This document shows, in pieces, positions 1 to 7,576 of a DNA stretch of 24,743 nucleotides. Source of the stretch: Pyrinomonadaceae bacterium (GTDB taxonomy: Bacteria > Acidobacteriota > Blastocatellia > Pyrinomonadales > Pyrinomonadaceae); assembly GCA_025929655.1 (NCBI GenBank), contig JAICPV010000001.1, positions 1 to 24,743 of the forward strand, in the 5' to 3' direction. Position 1 is the first letter of the stretch. Each line of letters opens with the position of its first letter. A program made the translations under genes and the position numbers. The notes beneath the pieces are model-generated. The model made no database searches and was not told the DNA's origin. It saw only the letters and a program-made list of their open reading frames with translations.

Positions 1-2
1 TG

Positions 3-728
3 TCCATCCCGACCGACGAGGTGTGCGAAAAATGCGGATCGCGGATGGTGATCAAGTTCGGCCGTTTCGGACAGTTTCTGGCGTGCGAGACCTACCCGGA
101 ATGCCAAAATACCCGCGAGGTCGCGAGCAAATCGGAAGGGGAGAACGGTAGAAAAGGAGAAGGGGAGACAGAAGAAGTTCCGGCGTGCGAATTGTGCGGA
201 AAGGAAATGGCTTTGAAAAAAGGCCGTTTTGGGTCGTTTTACGGCTGTACGGGTTATCCCGAGTGCAAAAATATTCGTAAGATCGCCAAAGGAGATCAGA
301 AGGCGGTTCCGCCGCCCGTCCAGCTTGAAGAGATCTGCCCGAAGGACGGCGCGTTTCTCGTTCGGAGGCACGGGCGATTCGGAGAATTTACAGCTTGCTC
401 GAACTATCCCAAGTGCGATTACGTAAAGCGTGACGTCGTCGAGGGCATCAGATGCCCGAAGGACGGAGGCGAGATCGCGGTCAAGAAATCGCGCCGCGGC
501 AAGGTGTTCTACGGATGCGTCAATTATCCGAAATGCGACGAGGTTTACTGGGATAAACCGGTTCCTCAGAGCTGTCCGCAGTGCAGCGCGCCGCTCCTGC
601 TCGAGAAAACGACAAAGAAGGACGGGACCTTCCGATATTGCAAAAATGAAGATTGTGACTATAAAATGTCTGTCGTTTCTGCAGGTTCAGGTTCCGCCGA
701 GGCGGAAAAAACCACTTCCACCGTTTAG
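3..728 (+). CDS. topA: DNA topoisomerase I, C-terminal zinc-ribbon region (5'-truncated by the window edge)
   Basis: The frame is open from the left edge (SIPTDEVCEKC...). It has five Topo-IA zinc-ribbon repeats of the CxxCG..M..K.GRFG.F..C..YP.C type. Confidence 0.9.
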   Translation, partial: SIPTDEVCEKCGSRMVIKFGRFGQFLACETYPECQNTREVASKSEGENGRKGEGETEEVPACELCGKEMALKKGRFGSFYGCTGYPECKNIRKIAKGDQKAVPPPVQLEEICPKDGAFLVRRHGRFGEFTACSNYPKCDYVKRDVVEGIRCPKDGGEIAVKKSRRGKVFYGCVNYPKCDEVYWDKPVPQSCPQCSAPLLLEKTTKKDGTFRYCKNEDCDYKMSVVSAGSGSAEAEKTTSTV

Positions 729-740
729 GATCGATAATCG

Positions 741-1322
741 ATGAATGAAAATATCGAGTTTCTTCAGGCGTTCCTGAAGAATCCCGCAAAAGTGGGTTCC
801 GTTAAACCCAGTTCACCGGAACTCGCCGCGACAATGATCGAGGGCCTTGAGCCTTCGGCCGAGAATGTCGTGATCGAGCTTGGTGTCGGAACCGGAGCTA
901 TAACTAAATTCCTGCAGAATATTGTGCCGGACCACCGGTCCTATCTGGGGATCGAACTGGATTCTGCTCTCGTCAAGAACCTGCGGAGGAACTTCCCCGA
1001 CCTGAATATCGTTTGCGGGAATGCGATGGAAACCGCGGCGATACACAAACGCTCAGGTTTGGGAAAGGTGGGCTATATAGTTTGCTGCCTGCCGTTCGTT
1101 TCTCTTCCCGCTCCGGTCCGAACTGGGGTGCTGGAAGAGGTCGATGAGTTCATGCAGCAGGGCTGCGAATTTCGCACGCTCCAATATGCTCACGGTTATT
1201 ATCTGCCGCCCGCTATGAAGTTTCGCGAGCTAATGCGAAAGCGCTATGGAAAGGAAAAGCGCAGCCCGCTAGTGGTCAGAAACGTTCCGCCCGGCTACAC
1301 GCTTACATGGGACTCGAAATAG
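741..1322 (+). CDS. Class I SAM-dependent methyltransferase, phospholipid N-methyltransferase (PmtA-like) family
   Basis: N-terminal FLQAFLKNPAKVGSVKPSS, SAM motif VIELGVGTGAIT, GIELD, and IVCCLPF match rhizobial-type PmtA-like enzymes. Substrate not determinable. Confidence 0.75.
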   Translation: MNENIEFLQAFLKNPAKVGSVKPSSPELAATMIEGLEPSAENVVIELGVGTGAITKFLQNIVPDHRSYLGIELDSALVKNLRRNFPDLNIVCGNAMETAAIHKRSGLGKVGYIVCCLPFVSLPAPVRTGVLEEVDEFMQQGCEFRTLQYAHGYYLPPAMKFRELMRKRYGKEKRSPLVVRNVPPGYTLTWDSK

Positions 1323-1377
1323 CTCAAAAACGAGTTTTCCTCGAAGTAAACAGAAGCAGTTTTCGTAGAAAAAAGGC

Positions 1378-1407
1378 TTGACAACTCTCGCTTCAACCAG
1401 TTAGTAT
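1378..1407 (+). promoter_or_regulatory. Sigma70-type promoter candidate P1
   Basis: TTGACA (1378-1383), 18-nt spacer, TAGTAT (1402-1407). Confidence 0.55.
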
Positions 1408-1527
1408 TCAACGTCTTAACGGGTGCTCCGTTAAGTAATACTTCACCTTTTCAAATTCAAAATAGGAATTCTGCATTGGGGTTTTTCGGCGATGGCCTAC
1501 GGCCCGGTTTTTTCTCTATCCTTTCTA

Positions 1528-1556
1528 TTGACAAGGCTTTAGGAAATCGGTAGAGT
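1528..1556 (+). promoter_or_regulatory. Sigma70-type promoter candidate P2 upstream of the OMP gene
   Basis: TTGACA (1528-1533), 17-nt spacer, TAGAGT (1551-1556). Confidence 0.7.
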
Positions 1557-1689
1557 CTGTAATTTCGGCCCGGCCGAAGTGAACTCACCAGATCTTCCAC
1601 GATCCGGATGAATTTCAGGCGTCAGCGTCGGTCAGTACTGGTCGACATGCGGCCAAATCTAGAAACCAAATAGTAATGGAGTCAGCTAT

Positions 1690-2325
1690 ATGAAGCGTTA
1701 TTTTCGAATTTTGTCTATTTTTGCACTCATTTCAGCAGCGTCGGTTTTCGCCGCTGCACAGGACACGAATAAGGTCGAATTTTTCGGCGGTTATTCGTAC
1801 ATGAACTTCGATACGGGTCTCGACGATTTCGACGAAGATTTCTTCGATTCGCGTGCCGGAATGCATGGCTTTAACGGGTCCATCACGGGCAACGTCAGCC
1901 GCCGTGTCGGGATCAAGTTCGACTTCTCGACCCATAGCAAGGACTTGTTCGACGATGGGTTCACGCGGGTCAAAGGTCGCAACAATCAGTTCATGGGCGG
2001 TGTTCAGTTCAAGAACAATGAAACTGACGGCCCGACACTGAAGCCGTTCGCTCACATCCTCGCCGGTGTAGCCAATCAGCGGCTTAGCTGCGAAGGCGAC
2101 TGCTTTATTGATGTGGAAGGCGGAAGCGGCGATTTCACCGAAACGCAAAACAATTTCACGGCAGCCTTCGGCGGCGGTCTCGACGTTAAAGTACACCGCC
2201 GCGTCGACATTCGCGTATTCCAGTTCGATTACAACCCGACCTGGTTCAAGGGCAATGACGCTCTTGGAACGGAAAGCTTCACGCAGCACAACGTCCGGAT
2301 CGGCGTCGGCATCGTGATCCATTAA
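1690..2325 (+). CDS. Small outer-membrane beta-barrel protein (OmpA/OmpW-like transmembrane fold)
   Basis: Sec signal peptide ending AAAQD. Alternating amphipathic strands (VEFFGGYSY, HGFNGSITGN, FGGGLDVKV, VRIGVGIVIH). GGAG at about 1677-1681. Confidence 0.8.
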   Translation: MKRYFRILSIFALISAASVFAAAQDTNKVEFFGGYSYMNFDTGLDDFDEDFFDSRAGMHGFNGSITGNVSRRVGIKFDFSTHSKDLFDDGFTRVKGRNNQFMGGVQFKNNETDGPTLKPFAHILAGVANQRLSCEGDCFIDVEGGSGDFTETQNNFTAAFGGGLDVKVHRRVDIRVFQFDYNPTWFKGNDALGTESFTQHNVRIGVGIVIH

Positions 2326-2349
2326 TTTTAGTTCGTATTTTGAACCTAC

Positions 2350-2376
2350 GGCCGGGCTGATCGTCCGGCCTTTTTT
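2350..2376 (+). terminator. Rho-independent terminator after the OMP gene
   Basis: GGCCGGG-ctgatcg-TCCGGCC stem (one G-U) followed by T6. Confidence 0.8.
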
Positions 2377-2471
2377 AATTCGCGCTGCCGCATGAAACCT
2401 TTGGCAGCGGTTTGTGGTATAAGTTTAGCTTTCGAGAATTAAACTTTATTCAGTTTTTTGGAGATCTAACT

Positions 2472-4247
2472 ATGTTTCGACGCAAATTTGCAGGCGTTTT
2501 GTTGACCTACGCTCTGCTTGTTCCCGTTTACTCGCTGGGCCAGACGGCGGCACCCAAGATCTTTGAAGCGCCGGCGGATGTGGTGAAGCAGATAAAAGAG
2601 GAAGGCACAACGCGCTCGCAAGTGATGCAAACGCTTTCATATATGTCCGACGTGATCGGGCCGCGTTTGACCGGGTCACCCGGGATGAAGCGCGCAAACG
2701 AATGGACGCGCGACACCATGACCAAGTGGGGTCTGCAAAACGCGCGGCTCGAGTCCTGGGGGCCGTTCGGACGCGGCTGGACGCTTAAGAAGTTTTACGC
2801 GAACGTCGATGGACCGACCGCGTTTCCGCTGATCGCATACCCAAAGGCCTGGTCGCCCGGAACCGATATACTCTTCGAGCAGGCGCCCGCGACAAATAAC
2901 AAAAAAGGAAAGAACGGCGCCGCTGCACCCGCGAACCATACAACCGCTTACACTGCCGATGTCGTGCGATTCAACGCCGCAAACGAAGCCGAGCTTGCGC
3001 AATACAAAGGAAAGTTGAAGGGCAAGATAGTACTGATCGGCGCTATCCGGGAGCTTCGAGCGCATTTCGAGCCGCAGGCCGAACGTGCGACCGAAAAGGA
3101 ACTTCTCGATCTCGCCAACGCGCCCGACCCGGCTTCGATTCGCCGCCCGGCAGGCCAATTCGGTCCCGGAAACGCTCAGCAGAACGTACTTTCTAACGCT
3201 CGCCGGATGCGTTTTCTTCATGATGAAGGCGCTGCAATTCTGCTGGATGCGGGCCGGGGCGACGGCGGTACGATCTTTGTGCAGGGGGCACAGGCAGTGC
3301 CGCCCGCAACACAAACTCCCGGTCAACCTAACCCGTCGGTCAGAGACAAGAGTGCGATAGTGCCGATCCAGATCAGCACCTCGGCGGAACACTTCAACCG
3401 GTTGGCACGAATGATCGACGCAGGCGAGAAAGTCACGATGACCGTGGACCTGGCGGTCGAGTTTCAGGACCAGGACCTCAATGCATACAACACGATCGCC
3501 GAAATTCCCGGGACAGACCTCAAGGACGAGATCGTGATGCTCGGCGGCCATTTGGATTCGTGGCAATCGGGAACCGGGGCGACCGACAACGCTGCCGGCT
3601 GTGCCGTGATGATGGAGGCGGTCCGCATTCTTCAAACGCTTGGGTTGAAGCCGCGGCGGACGATCCGCATCGCTCTTTGGTCCGGTGAAGAACAAGGTTT
3701 GCTTGGTTCACGCGCTTATGTTCGTCAACATTTCGGTTATTTCGGCGACGGCACTACGCCTGCATTCGGCGGAGGCAATAACAACACTCCCCGCGTACTC
3801 ACCAAACTTCCCGAATACGACAAATTCTCTGCTTATTACAATATCGACAACGGGACCGGCAAGATCCGAGGCGTCTACATGCAGGGTAATGAGGGAGTTC
3901 GGCCTTATTTCCGAAGGTGGCTGGAAACTTTCAAGGACGCGAAATGGTACGATCCGGCAAAGGACCTGAGCGCCAATACGCTCTCATTGGCGAATACCGG
4001 CGGTACGGATCATCTCGCATTCGACGCGATCGGGCTGCCCGGTTTCCAGTTCATACAGGACGAGATCGAGTACAGCACGCGGACGCACCACTCGAACATG
4101 GACGTCTTCGACCGCATCCAGGCCGATGACATGAAGCAGATGGCGATCATTCTCGCGATGTTTGTCTATCAGAGCGCGATGAACGACGAGAAGCTTCCGA
4201 GAAAGGCCGGTAACTGGACGGTCAAGGAAGTAAATCCAGCTCCATAA
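2472..4247 (+). CDS. Secreted M28-family Zn metallopeptidase (carboxypeptidase Q-like)
   Basis: Start at ATG 2472 behind GGAG, with signal peptide. Intact motifs GGHLDSW, GATDNAAG, SGEEQGLLGS, NIDNG, GGTDH, HHSNMD. Confidence 0.9.
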   Translation: MFRRKFAGVLLTYALLVPVYSLGQTAAPKIFEAPADVVKQIKEEGTTRSQVMQTLSYMSDVIGPRLTGSPGMKRANEWTRDTMTKWGLQNARLESWGPFGRGWTLKKFYANVDGPTAFPLIAYPKAWSPGTDILFEQAPATNNKKGKNGAAAPANHTTAYTADVVRFNAANEAELAQYKGKLKGKIVLIGAIRELRAHFEPQAERATEKELLDLANAPDPASIRRPAGQFGPGNAQQNVLSNARRMRFLHDEGAAILLDAGRGDGGTIFVQGAQAVPPATQTPGQPNPSVRDKSAIVPIQISTSAEHFNRLARMIDAGEKVTMTVDLAVEFQDQDLNAYNTIAEIPGTDLKDEIVMLGGHLDSWQSGTGATDNAAGCAVMMEAVRILQTLGLKPRRTIRIALWSGEEQGLLGSRAYVRQHFGYFGDGTTPAFGGGNNNTPRVLTKLPEYDKFSAYYNIDNGTGKIRGVYMQGNEGVRPYFRRWLETFKDAKWYDPAKDLSANTLSLANTGGTDHLAFDAIGLPGFQFIQDEIEYSTRTHHSNMDVFDRIQADDMKQMAIILAMFVYQSAMNDEKLPRKAGNWTVKEVNPAP

Positions 4248-4695
4248 ACAAAACGCCCTCGTGCGGGTTTTTGTAGTAAGGTTCGATCGGGCGAAAGCCG
4301 TGAGACTCGTAAAGTTTCACGGCTTTACCCATTTTCGGCGGATACGTGTCGAGACGCATTTTCTGGTAGCCGATCTCGCGGGCGTCGGCGATGAGTTTTT
4401 CGATCAGTTTATTTCCGAAGCCGTGGCCGCGAGCATTTTCTCGAAGGTAGAGCCTTTTCATCTCGCACACTCCGTCCTCGATCTTGCGCAGGGCGATGCT
4501 GCCGGCGGGTTCTTCGGCAACATAGGCTAAATACAATCGACCTGCCGGCGGAGCGTATTTCCCGGGCAGACCTGTGACCTCCTCCTCAAAACTTTGGAAG
4601 CACAGCGACATTCCGAGCCAGGTTTCGTACTCGCGAAACAATTCACGTGCGAGGTCGATGTCCTTTTCTATCTCTACCAGGCGAACCGCGAACAT
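4222..4695 (-). CDS. GNAT-family N-acetyltransferase
   Basis: CEMKRLYL followed by acetyl-CoA loop ARGHGFG, MRLDT, and AVKLYESHGF. Confidence 0.85.
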   Translation of the reverse strand: MFAVRLVEIEKDIDLARELFREYETWLGMSLCFQSFEEEVTGLPGKYAPPAGRLYLAYVAEEPAGSIALRKIEDGVCEMKRLYLRENARGHGFGNKLIEKLIADAREIGYQKMRLDTYPPKMGKAVKLYESHGFRPIEPYYKNPHEGVLFMELDLLP

Positions 4696-4762
4696 ATGTA
4701 GATTTTACTCACTGGCTGAAATAAAATCGAAACAGGAATTGTTCGAAGCTGGTCTATTGTTC

Positions 4763-6175
4763 ATGGATAGAAGGTCGTTCGTCACAACCGCCGGAGCTTC
4801 TGCTGCCGGGCTCGCCGTTGCGTCATCCTCGCTCGAACGGCTTGTTGAGGCGATGGTCGGAAGACGAACTGCGGAATATTTCGTTCCCGGTTTCGGGGAA
4901 CTGCTTCCAACGCCAACCAGGAATACCGGCGAGACCTTCCTCGCCCTGCCAAAAGGTTTCGAGTACAACGTCATCGGAAAAGTTAAGTCGCAGATGTCGG
5001 ACGGGCGTCCGACGCCGTCGCGTCACGACGGGCAATGGACATTCAAGGTTGGCCGCGAGCTGCGGATCGTGCGGAACCATGAAGTGTCGAACAGTTCGCT
5101 GCCGGTACCTAACGCGGGCATCGGCACGGCAAACCATTACGACGAGACGTGCGGCGGCGGGACCACGACGCTAGTGATCGATCCGAAAAAGAAGGAGATC
5201 GTTCGCGATTTCGTCAGCCTTTCGGGAACGCTGATCAACTGTTCGGGAGGGCCGACGCCGTGGAATTCTTGGATCTCATGCGAGGAAACGACCTTAGGGC
5301 CAACCGTGCGAACGAACAGCAGCACGGGCAGGAAAACGGGCGGGTTCCTGAAGCCTCACGGATACTGCTTCGAAGTGCAAGCTTCGGCGAACAACAATCT
5401 GCCGCCGGTGGCTCTGAAAGCGATGGGACGCTTCACGCACGAGACGGTCGCTGTCGACCGAAAGACCGGCGTCGTATACGAAACTGAAGATTTGAATCCA
5501 AGCGGCTTTTACCGTTTCATTCCGAAGCGAAACAAGCGGCTCGCTGAAGGCGGTACGCTGCAGATGCTCGCGATCGAAGGGAAGCCGGAATACGACACTC
5601 GTACCGGTCAAAGACAGGGCAGTGTTTTGCCGGCGACTTGGGTGACGATCGACGATCCCGATCCTGCACATGCCGATGTCGATCCGTCGGCGGTGTTCAA
5701 GCAAGGGAAGGCAAAAGGCGGTGCTTCTTTCAATCGTCTGGAAGGGTCCTGCATGGATGATCGCGGGAACGTCTATTTCGACGCGACCAGCGGCGGCGAC
5801 AAACGCGGCGGGCAGATATGGCGTTACGAGCCGATGGGACGCGACCGCGGGAACCTCCGCCTGCTGTTCGAGTCGCCCAGCCGCGAGATCCTCGACATGC
5901 CGGACAATATGTGCTTGATGCCGAAGAGCAAACTCTTGTTCATTTGCGAAGACAGCGATTACGTCGGCGAAGGCGGCACGCCCGATAACTACGTCCGAAT
6001 TCTTACACCTGAGGGCAAGATGGCGAACTTTGCGAAGAACATCGTGAAGGGCTTTGAGCGTTCCGAGTTCGCCGGCTCGTGCTTTTCGAACGACGGCAAG
6101 ATATTCTTCCTCAACCTTTACACGATAGGGGCCACCTTCGCGATCTGGGGCGACTGGTCGAAATTCCGCTCGTAA
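4763..6175 (+). CDS. phoX: PhoX/DUF839-family alkaline phosphatase with Tat signal
   Basis: Probable start at ATG 4763 gives MDRRSFV (twin-arginine). Motifs RNHE, NCSGGPTPWNSWISCEE, GRFTHE, RLEG, PDN, EFAG. The track's 63-aa N-terminal extension overlaps the GNAT gene and is unlikely. Confidence 0.8.
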   Translation: MDRRSFVTTAGASAAGLAVASSSLERLVEAMVGRRTAEYFVPGFGELLPTPTRNTGETFLALPKGFEYNVIGKVKSQMSDGRPTPSRHDGQWTFKVGRELRIVRNHEVSNSSLPVPNAGIGTANHYDETCGGGTTTLVIDPKKKEIVRDFVSLSGTLINCSGGPTPWNSWISCEETTLGPTVRTNSSTGRKTGGFLKPHGYCFEVQASANNNLPPVALKAMGRFTHETVAVDRKTGVVYETEDLNPSGFYRFIPKRNKRLAEGGTLQMLAIEGKPEYDTRTGQRQGSVLPATWVTIDDPDPAHADVDPSAVFKQGKAKGGASFNRLEGSCMDDRGNVYFDATSGGDKRGGQIWRYEPMGRDRGNLRLLFESPSREILDMPDNMCLMPKSKLLFICEDSDYVGEGGTPDNYVRILTPEGKMANFAKNIVKGFERSEFAGSCFSNDGKIFFLNLYTIGATFAIWGDWSKFRS

Positions 6176-6179
6176 CTGG

Positions 6180-6261
6180 AAACTGTTAACTATAAAACTG
6201 ATAACTGTTAGAAACTGTCGACCTAACAGTTATCGGTTTTCCGGTTTTTAGTTAGCAGTTT
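6180..6261. repeat. Imperfect palindrome built from roughly 7-nt AACTG(A/T)T units
   Basis: 6194-6211 pairs with 6223-6240 (17/18) and 6180-6192 pairs with 6249-6261 (12/13), with an 11-nt loop. Confidence 0.85.
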
Positions 6262-6297
6262 GCGCGTTCACCGCCGAAAATCGAATAATAGAAACCG

Positions 6298-7101
6298 ATG
6301 GAATTGGCGGTCGAAAAATTCAAGGTCGCGGACGAGCCCTTTTACCTGCCGATCGGCAGGGAAGTCGAGCTATTTGAGGCGGCGTACGCCGCGAAACTGC
6401 CCGCGATGCTCAAGGGCCCGACCGGTTGCGGCAAGACGCGCTTCGTCGAGCATATGGCGTGGCGGCTCGGCCGTCCGCTGATCACGGTGGCATGTCACGA
6501 AGATCTTTCATCGACCGATCTCGTCGGCCGATTCCTGCTCGAAGGCGAAGAAACTGTTTGGCACGACGGGCCGCTGACCTCTGCGGTTCGCGCCGGAGCG
6601 ATCTGTTATCTCGATGAGGTCGTCGAAGCGAGAAAAGATACCGTAGTTATCATCCATCCACTGACCGATGACAGACGGCGGCTGCCGATAGAAAAACGGG
6701 GAACGGTTCTCGATGCGCCGGACGATTTTATGCTCGTCGTGTCGTACAATCCCGGCTACCAGTCGATCCTCAAAGACTTGAAACAATCGACACGCCAACG
6801 GTTTGTCGCGATGGAGTTCGATTACCCCGAGCCGGAGGCGGAAACGCAGATCGTTGCGAAGGAAGGAGGCATCGACGAAGCCACCGCTGCCGATCTGGTA
6901 AAGATCGGGCAAAAGGTGCGCAACCTTCGCGGTCACGGCCTTGAAGAAGGAGTCTCGACACGCCTTCTTATTTACGCTGCCCAGATGATCGCGAAAGGGA
7001 TTTCACCCGTCGACGCTGCCGAGGTCGCGATCTGCTCCCCCATCACCGACGACCGCGATCTCCAGCGCAGCATCCGCGAGATCGTGACGACGATTATTTG
7101 A
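6298..7101 (+). CDS. CbbQ/NirQ/NorQ-family (MoxR-class) AAA+ ATPase
   Basis: Walker A GPTGCGKT, Walker [39 protein letters not shown]. No symbol is given because the client pathway is unknown. Confidence 0.9.
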   Translation: MELAVEKFKVADEPFYLPIGREVELFEAAYAAKLPAMLKGPTGCGKTRFVEHMAWRLGRPLITVACHEDLSSTDLVGRFLLEGEETVWHDGPLTSAVRAGAICYLDEVVEARKDTVVIIHPLTDDRRRLPIEKRGTVLDAPDDFMLVVSYNPGYQSILKDLKQSTRQRFVAMEFDYPEPEAETQIVAKEGGIDEATAADLVKIGQKVRNLRGHGLEEGVSTRLLIYAAQMIAKGISPVDAAEVAICSPITDDRDLQRSIREIVTTII

Positions 7102-7105
7102 CAAT

Positions 7106-7477
7106 ATGGAACCTGAACAGCAAAAAGTACTTTTCAAACCGGAACGCCATCTTTGCCAGGAAAGATGGAGATCATAGTTAGTCCCAGCGACGGTACACGG
7201 TTCCGCGTCGAATGCTCGACCGTTCTCGCCTTTACCTGCTTTCGACGAAAGCTGTGCTCCAATGCGCTCGTTCAGCACGGTCGAAACCGAACAAGCACGG
7301 ATCAGTGCGTATCCTTGCCTTGATTCTCCCTGGATCAAGTCATACGAAGGTTGCCAATATGACGCAGAGAGTAACCCCTTTCCGCTAAATCATTACCTGA
7401 TCTTCGGCGGCGACAATATCGTTGAGTTCCTCTGCCAAAACGAACCGGTTGTTTCGCAACTTCCCAATTGGAACTGA
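7106..7477 (+). pseudogene. Small hypothetical gene (about 123 aa) broken by two compensating 1-nt frameshifts
   Basis: MEPEQQKVLFKP (from 7106), shift at about 7140 to GTPSLPGKMEIIVSPSDGTRFRVECSTVLAFTCF, shift at about 7242 back to DESCAPMRSF...NHYLIFGGDNIVEFL...NWN*. The unshifted frame has TAG at 7175-7177. Confidence 0.6.
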
Positions 7478-7518
7478 TAAGTAAGCCACTGTGGCCACGC
7501 TAATTCGCTGAGCTACGC

Positions 7519-7557
7519 AAAAAGAAAAAAGGCGAAACCATTAACTGATCCGCCTTT
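7519..7557 (-). terminator. Rho-independent terminator of the M1-like/TPR gene
   Basis: On the minus strand, AAAGGCGGA...TTCGCCTTT stem (12-nt loop) is followed by a T-rich tract. Confidence 0.6.
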
Positions 7558-7576
7558 GAATGGTATCGAATTCAAA

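Noticed and set aside
2676-3695. 339-aa antisense ORF, and the many other 60-220-aa ORFs overlapping called genes (e.g. 1732-2322, 16782-17441, 22377-23111)
   Set aside because: These are shadow frames of GC-rich coding sequence. They have no recognisable motifs and lie fully opposite or within well-supported genes.
4574-4762. Long N-terminal extensions in the ORF track (phoX 4574, M28 2412, livK 13626, livF 17892, DHFR-like 24069, decarboxylase 13602)
   Set aside because: Downstream ATGs give proper signal peptides or domain starts, several with SD motifs. The extensions overlap neighbouring genes, promoters or repeats.
4696-4762. Pho box upstream of the phoX-like gene
   Set aside because: No convincing pair of 11-bp direct repeats was seen in the 67-bp divergent gap.
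6298-7101. Inferring denitrification or carbon fixation from the CbbQ/NorQ-like gene
   Set aside because: No nor, nir or cbb structural gene is in the window, so the ATPase alone does not establish either pathway.
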